From Escherichia coli O145 str. RM9872 (lineage in GTDB: Bacteria > Pseudomonadota > Gammaproteobacteria > Enterobacterales > Enterobacteriaceae): a stretch of 32,000 bases of DNA. Shown here one piece after another: positions 26,637-32,000 of this stretch. The notes under the pieces are model-generated. The model was not told where the DNA came from. It did no database searches and saw only the letters and a program-made list of their open reading frames with translations. The stretch is from assembly GCF_003586065.1 (NCBI RefSeq), contig NZ_CP028379.1; one strand, given 5' to 3'. The first letter of the stretch is position 1; every line of letters begins with the position of its first letter. The position numbers were made by a program, and so were the translations under genes.

Positions 26637-27014
26637 ATGAACAACATTAATCAATCGGAAAACATTAATATTCAATTAAATAAAGCGCCCCAAACAAATT
26701 TCGTTGATGAGCATACCTCGTTAGCCTCAGCCCCCTCTGCGGCAGGTGCGGCTCAGTTTCTTGATCAATTACTCCCTAAAACAGCGGGAGTGTCTTCTCC
26801 AGAACAAGTGTTGATTGAAGAAATTAAAAAGAGACATCTTGCAACAATGAACAGCGATCTCAGTTTCGATGCTCTATCTGCAGGTGGGCTCTCGCCAGAA
26901 GACGTGCTCACCTTACAAAAGAATGTGCTCAACGCAAACGTCAACGTTGATGTCGTATCTAAGTTAGCAAGCCTCCTTTCAACATCGGTTACAAAATTAG
27001 TTTCGATGCAATAA
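26637..27014 (+). CDS. escI: T3SS inner-rod protein EscI (rOrf8)
   Basis: 125 aa from 'MNNINQSENINIQLNKAPQTNFVDEHTSL'; the track ORF start (26586) is likely too far upstream. Confidence 0.92.
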   Translation: MNNINQSENINIQLNKAPQTNFVDEHTSLASAPSAAGAAQFLDQLLPKTAGVSSPEQVLIEEIKKRHLATMNSDLSFDALSAGGLSPEDVLTLQKNVLNANVNVDVVSKLASLLSTSVTKLVSMQ

Positions 27015-27016
27015 AA

Positions 27017-27589
27017 ATGAAAAAACACATTAAAAACCTTTTTTTATTGGCTGCTATTTGTTTGACAGTGGCATGTAAAGAGCAATTGTATACAGGATTA
27101 ACAGAAAAAGAAGCTAATCAGATGCAAGCACTGTTGCTATCCAATGATGTCAATGTTTCCAAAGAAATGGACAAAAGTGGAAATATGACACTCAGTGTGG
27201 AAAAAGAGGATTTTGTTCGCGCAATAACGATTTTAAATAATAACGGCTTCCCGAAAAAGAAATTTGCAGATATCGAGGTTATTTTCCCACCTAGCCAGTT
27301 AGTGGCATCGCCATCACAAGAAAATGCAAAAATCAACTATCTCAAAGAACAAGACATCGAAAGGTTGCTAAGTAAAATACCTGGTGTTATCGATTGCAGC
27401 GTTTCATTAAATGTTAACAATAACGAAAGTCAACCATCCTCAGCAGCCGTTTTAGTCATCAGCTCGCCAGAGGTTAACTTAGCACCATCGGTCATTCAGA
27501 TAAAAAACCTAGTTAAGAATAGTGTTGACGATCTCAAATTAGAAAATATTAGTGTTGTTATCAAGTCATCCTCAGGACAGGACGGGTAA
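27017..27589 (+). CDS. escJ: T3SS inner-membrane ring lipoprotein EscJ
   Basis: 190 aa; lipobox 'LLAAICLTVACKEQ'; YscJ/PrgK-like 'LYTGLTEKEANQMQALLLSNDVNVSKEMDKSGNMTLSVEKEDFVRAITILNNNGFPKKKF'. Confidence 0.97.
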   Translation: MKKHIKNLFLLAAICLTVACKEQLYTGLTEKEANQMQALLLSNDVNVSKEMDKSGNMTLSVEKEDFVRAITILNNNGFPKKKFADIEVIFPPSQLVASPSQENAKINYLKEQDIERLLSKIPGVIDCSVSLNVNNNESQPSSAAVLVISSPEVNLAPSVIQIKNLVKNSVDDLKLENISVVIKSSSGQDG

Positions 27590-27594
27590 TATGT

Positions 27595-28050
27595 ATGAAC
27601 AATAATAATGGCATAGCAAAGAATGATTGTGACTGGCTAACGGCCCTTGATTTTGTAAAGGATGTCAACGGTTCACCAACGCATCTCACTTTTTATATCT
27701 ACCAAAAAAATGCTTTCTTGCACGATTTTGGAAACTACTGGGTTCTATATATTGAGCTTAGTGGTGATTTTCGTCAGGTTCCAACAGATACATTTATCAG
27801 ACTCTGCAATATCCTGGCCGTTAGTAACGAATATAAACAAATGGGTATTTTCCTGTCTAATAAGAAGTGGTATCTTTGCCAAATTTTTCATAAAGATAAT
27901 AATCATCGCGCAAACATGTCAAAAGCAATAATGCAACATACTCTCGCCTCTTTGCTCGATAAGCAATTTGATAAACTAGAGCAATTATCTTCATCGGATA
28001 CAATGATGCCGCCAACACACTTGTTTTCTGATATAGGACGAATTGTGTAA
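27595..28050 (+). CDS. sepD: T3SS switch protein SepD
   Basis: 151 aa between escJ and escC. Confidence 0.94.
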   Translation: MNNNNGIAKNDCDWLTALDFVKDVNGSPTHLTFYIYQKNAFLHDFGNYWVLYIELSGDFRQVPTDTFIRLCNILAVSNEYKQMGIFLSNKKWYLCQIFHKDNNHRANMSKAIMQHTLASLLDKQFDKLEQLSSSDTMMPPTHLFSDIGRIV

Positions 28051-29588
28051 TGAAAAAAATAAGTTTTTTTATTTTTACAGCACTATTTTGCTGCAGTGCA
28101 CAAGCTGCCCCGTCCTCTCTGGAAAAAAGATTAGGCAAGAGCGAATATTTTATTATTACTAAAAGTTCTCCAGTACGTGCAATCCTTAATGACTTTGCTG
28201 CTAACTACAGCATTCCTGTTTTCATCAGTAGTTCCGTGAATGATGATTTCTCTGGCGAAATAAAAAATGAAAAACCTGTAAAAGTACTGGAAAAACTGTC
28301 CAAACTATATCATCTCACATGGTATTATGATGAGAACATCTTGTATATTTATAAAACAAATGAAATATCAAGAAGTATAATTACACCAACATATCTGGAT
28401 ATTGACTCACTGCTAAAATATCTGAGTGATACAATCTCAGTAAACAAAAACTCTTGCAATGTGAGAAAAATTACGACATTTAACTCGATTGAAGTTCGGG
28501 GTGTTCCTGAATGTATAAAATATATTACATCTTTATCAGAAAGTCTTGATAAAGAGGCACAGTCTAAAGCCAAAAATAAAGATGTTGTTAAGGTCTTTAA
28601 ACTGAACTATGCGTCAGCGACAGATATAACATACAAATACCGTGACCAAAATGTTGTCGTCCCAGGTGTTGTCTCCATTCTGAAGACAATGGCAAGTAAT
28701 GGTTCACTTCCCAGTACCGGTAAAGGTGCCGTCGAGCGAAGCGGTAACCTGTTTGATAACAGTGTAACGATTTCCGCTGATCCACGTCTTAATGCAGTTG
28801 TTGTAAAAGACCGCGAAATAACGATGGATATCTATCAGCAATTAATTTCTGAGCTTGATATTGAACAAAGGCAAATTGAAATTTCTGTCTCAATTATTGA
28901 TGTTGATGCAAACGATCTTCAGCAGCTCGGCGTAAACTGGTCCGGTACGTTAAATGCAGGACAAGGTACGATTGCCTTTAATAGCTCTACCGCACAGGCT
29001 AATATCAGCTCTTCTGTGATAAGTAATGCCAGTAATTTTATGATTAGGGTGAATGCGTTACAACAGAACTCGAAAGCTAAAATACTCTCTCAGCCTTCAA
29101 TTATAACCTTAAATAATATGCAGGCGATTCTTGATAAAAACGTAACGTTTTATACAAAAGTCTCCGGAGAAAAGGTGGCGTCTCTGGAAAGTATTACAAG
29201 CGGAACATTGCTGAGAGTGACACCACGTATACTTGATGACAGCTCGAATAGTCTTACCGGAAAACGTCGGGAACGAGTTCGTTTGTTACTTGATATTCAG
29301 GATGGCAATCAATCGACTAACCAAAGCAATGCTCAGGATGCCAGCAGCACCTTACCTGAAGTACAAAATTCAGAAATGACAACAGAAGCGACATTAAGTG
29401 CAGGAGAAAGTTTATTACTTGGCGGATTTATCCAAGATAAAGAAAGTTCAAGTAAAGATGGTATACCGCTGTTAAGCGACATTCCTGTTATTGGTAGTTT
29501 ATTCTCCAGTACGGTAAAACAAAAACATAGTGTTGTTCGACTCTTTTTAATTAAAGCAACCCCGATAAAATCTGCATCTAGCGAATAA
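28050..29588 (+). CDS. escC: T3SS outer-membrane secretin EscC
   Basis: 512 aa; signal peptide and secretin C-terminal domain 'VPLLSDIPVIGSLFSS'-type motif. Confidence 0.98.
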   Translation: MKKISFFIFTALFCCSAQAAPSSLEKRLGKSEYFIITKSSPVRAILNDFAANYSIPVFISSSVNDDFSGEIKNEKPVKVLEKLSKLYHLTWYYDENILYIYKTNEISRSIITPTYLDIDSLLKYLSDTISVNKNSCNVRKITTFNSIEVRGVPECIKYITSLSESLDKEAQSKAKNKDVVKVFKLNYASATDITYKYRDQNVVVPGVVSILKTMASNGSLPSTGKGAVERSGNLFDNSVTISADPRLNAVVVKDREITMDIYQQLISELDIEQRQIEISVSIIDVDANDLQQLGVNWSGTLNAGQGTIAFNSSTAQANISSSVISNASNFMIRVNALQQNSKAKILSQPSIITLNNMQAILDKNVTFYTKVSGEKVASLESITSGTLLRVTPRILDDSSNSLTGKRRERVRLLLDIQDGNQSTNQSNAQDASSTLPEVQNSEMTTEATLSAGESLLLGGFIQDKESSSKDGIPLLSDIPVIGSLFSSTVKQKHSVVRLFLIKATPIKSASSE

Positions 29589-29601
29589 TAAATGAGGCTT
29601 T

Positions 29602-30057
29602 ATGAGCAGGAAATTTAGCTCTCTAGAGGATATTTATGATTTCTACCAGGATGGTGGCACATTAGCGTCATTAACAAATCTGACACAACAAGATCTCAAT
29701 GACCTTCATTCTTATGCCTATACAGCATATCAATCTGGTGATGTTATAACCGCAAGAAATCTATTCCATTTGCTCACATATCTGGAACACTGGAATTATG
29801 ACTACACCTTATCTCTGGGCTTATGTCATCAGCGTTTATCAAATCATGAAGATGCACAACTGTGTTTCGCACGCTGTGCAACTTTAGTTATGCAAGATCC
29901 CAGGGCATCTTATTATTCTGGAATTAGCTACTTACTCGTCGGAAATAAGAAAATGGCCAAGAAAGCCTTTAAGGCTTGTTTAATGTGGTGTAATGAAAAA
30001 GAAAAATACACTACATATAAAGAAAATATTAAAAAATTGTTAGGTAATACAGAGTAA
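29602..30057 (+). CDS. cesD: EspD/EspB translocator chaperone CesD (TPR)
   Basis: 151 aa LcrH/SycD-like TPR protein; last gene of LEE2. Confidence 0.95.
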   Translation: MSRKFSSLEDIYDFYQDGGTLASLTNLTQQDLNDLHSYAYTAYQSGDVITARNLFHLLTYLEHWNYDYTLSLGLCHQRLSNHEDAQLCFARCATLVMQDPRASYYSGISYLLVGNKKMAKKAFKACLMWCNEKEKYTTYKENIKKLLGNTE

Positions 30058-30077
30058 AAACTACCATCAGCTATACC

Positions 30078-30105
30078 AATCCCCAGGCTGACTGGGGATT
30101 TTCTA
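30078..30105 (+). terminator. Rho-independent terminator downstream of cesD (LEE2)
   Basis: AATCCCCAG-GCTGA-CTGGGGATTTT hairpin. Confidence 0.85.
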
Positions 30106-30440
30106 TCGGAAATAATAAAGCTGCTATAGTGAAGTGCTCCCAAAGTTGAGCACCGACCACTGGTAGATTTATCTACAGGTGTGGGGTTATTCCATTAACC
30201 AGGAGTTTATGCCCTGAACTATCTTCTGCTGTATTTAATATCATTTCCGTTTATGAAACAATCAGTATATCTTAACTTAGCATTAGAAATCTGATCTTTC
30301 CAATCATCTATAGCCCAGAGTATATTTGTCAGGAAATGACCTTCAAACTTTAGCCGAGAAAAAGGCTTACCCTGGAAAACAAAACCCTTAAATATAGCTT
30401 TATTTTTATTCTTCTATAAAATATACTCAAAAAATTACGT

Positions 30441-30854
30441 CTAACTCTCCTTTTTCCGCCTCATGATCATTTCGTTCCAGATATTAGACTGTCCCACAAT
30501 ACCATTACCAACTCGGTAAGTTTTTCTTTTTGGTCCGGTTGTTCCAGGACTTTCTATCGGAACCGCCTCAAGGTTAACATCATAAATGAAAATCTCAAGG
30601 CGCTTATAATGCAAATTACCATAACTAACATATCTGACACGAAATGAAATTTTTTCTTTTCTTCTCGATATATAAGTTATAATAAATGATGCTCTCCTCA
30701 GGTTTATACCGAATGCTTCGGCAATATCATTGCGAGAAATCCATTTCTCCTGCAATTTACACCAAAGAGAAACCAAGATATACAGAGGTTCACCATCGTA
30801 ATTCTTTACTGAGTCAGGAATTACATAGTCGCCATTTTTATTTTTAGATTCCAT
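30441..30854 (-). CDS. grlA: Positive regulator of ler, GrlA
   Basis: 137 aa; HTH 'SRNDIAEAFGINLRRASFIITYISRR'. Confidence 0.96.
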   Translation of the reverse strand: MESKNKNGDYVIPDSVKNYDGEPLYILVSLWCKLQEKWISRNDIAEAFGINLRRASFIITYISRRKEKISFRVRYVSYGNLHYKRLEIFIYDVNLEAVPIESPGTTGPKRKTYRVGNGIVGQSNIWNEMIMRRKKES

Positions 30855-30910
30855 TTTCCATATTCTTTTTATTTGATAAATAAATCGACATAAAAAACAT
30901 ACATAAAAAA

Positions 30911-31282
30911 TTATTTTAAATAAACTTGTGGCATTCCTGTGTTTTTAATAACTAATGGTTCTATAAATTTGGCATAAACATCAACAAACAATTTTTCATT
31001 TCCTCTTACATGGCAATGTAATGTGAGATTATTATCATTACTCAGTACTTTTTTAGGGATAACTAATTGATAATCTTGTTCAATGTTTAGCACCGAGGGA
31101 ATTTCGTAATTATATCGATGGACATGAAGTATGATGTCCTCATCTTCAGAGAGGACCCCCTGATACACAGAAGCAATATCGCCGCCAGTGATCATATTTC
31201 CATTTTTAATCAGTATACCTTCCCCACAGGAGTCTTCATTGCTAATAAATATAATGCTATAGATGCCATCCTTCATAATCAT
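30911..31282 (-). CDS. grlR: Negative regulator GrlR
   Basis: 123 aa 'MIMKDGIYSIIFISNEDSCGEGILIKNGNMITGGD...' with surface 'EDED' motif; directly upstream of grlA. Confidence 0.96.
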   Translation of the reverse strand: MIMKDGIYSIIFISNEDSCGEGILIKNGNMITGGDIASVYQGVLSEDEDIILHVHRYNYEIPSVLNIEQDYQLVIPKKVLSNDNNLTLHCHVRGNEKLFVDVYAKFIEPLVIKNTGMPQVYLK

Positions 31283-31477
31283 AACTCACTCAGTTTCATA
31301 CTAACCTCACTCCTTTCAATTTGTTCTATCCATAAGCAATATCAAGAATAATGGAGACCTTTCTTTTTCTCCAGATTGCAATGTAATATATCATTAAATA
31401 TACTCATGTTTCAACCTGCTGTTTCCCTGGTTAACATATGTAATTTCTGATTAATAATATTGAGTAACAACGTAAAA

Positions 31478-31936
31478 ATGAAAAAAATAATACTGAGTAT
31501 CATTCTCATTTCAAATTACTGTTATGCTTCCGATTGTTTTGAAATTACAGGAAAAGCATATAACATAGATCCATTAATATTAAAAGCAATTGCATGGAAT
31601 GAATCAAAATGCAAAAGCGGAATAAAAAGCAAAACAAACAAAAACAGAACGTATGATATAGGTATAATGCAAATTAATTCATCTCATTTAGATTTATTAA
31701 GCAAATTTAATATATCTGAAGATGATTTATTGAATGATGCCTGTATAAACATATCTGTTGCTGGTTATATCTTAGCCTCTAACATAAAATCCAGAGGGAA
31801 TACATGGGATGCAGTTGGTGCGTATAATGCAGGTTACTTTAATACACCAAATGCAGTAGAACTCAGAAGGCAATACGCAATGAAAATATATAAAACATAT
31901 AATAAATTAAAGAATAATGAGCAAATTATCGATTAA
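31478..31936 (+). CDS. etgA: T3SS-associated lytic transglycosylase EtgA (rOrf3)
   Basis: Signal peptide 'MKKIILSIILISNYCYA' then 'AIAWNESKCKSGI...DIGIMQINSSHLDLL...AGYILASNIKS...VGAYNAG', SLT motifs; the track ORF start (31460) is 6 codons upstream. Confidence 0.94.
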   Translation: MKKIILSIILISNYCYASDCFEITGKAYNIDPLILKAIAWNESKCKSGIKSKTNKNRTYDIGIMQINSSHLDLLSKFNISEDDLLNDACINISVAGYILASNIKSRGNTWDAVGAYNAGYFNTPNAVELRRQYAMKIYKTYNKLKNNEQIID

Positions 31937-32000
31937 TAATCAAGGTCTATCGCAATACGAATCAATTGTGCCACAGGTTCAAAAAAGTCTTCTGTTATAT

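Noticed and set aside
5787-31936. A previously undescribed system within the LEE portion
   Set aside because: Every substantial ORF corresponds in order, orientation and size to a known LEE gene (espF through etgA); no extra cargo gene is inserted.

Overview
The window is the junction between a P4-family satellite prophage (933L-like) and the LEE pathogenicity island of an attaching-and-effacing Escherichia coli. The intimin matches the gamma type and Tir is NPY-type, so an O157:H7/O55:H7-like background is the best guess. Bases 1 to about 4.8 kb carry the GC-rich P4 replication/immunity arm: a Vis/AlpA-like regulator, an Ash/Icd-like ORF, epsilon, orf151, orf106, alpha primase-helicase, and a crr-like iteron region of two ~120-bp direct repeats. 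A 20-bp near-copy of the selC tRNA 3' end (4911-4930) marks the prophage edge. It is followed by a decayed IS3-family transposase remnant. From 5.8 kb to the end the sequence is AT-rich LEE: espF, escG, escF, cesD2, espB, espD, espA, sepL, escD, eae, cesT, tir, map, cesF, espH, escQ/sepQ, escP, escO, escN, escV, mpc/cesL, espZ, escI, escJ, sepD, escC, cesD, grlA, grlR and etgA, in canonical order and all apparently intact. I found no convincing new multi-gene system. The most useful observations are strain-level: an espF with four full 141-bp repeats plus a partial one (295 aa, one unit more than the 248-aa form I recall); a tir with a two-residue expansion that moves the NPY tyrosine to residue 460; the selC-derived att scar with a 1-nt difference from selC; the crr repeats; the IS remnant; and a few unexplained intergenic segments in the LEE.
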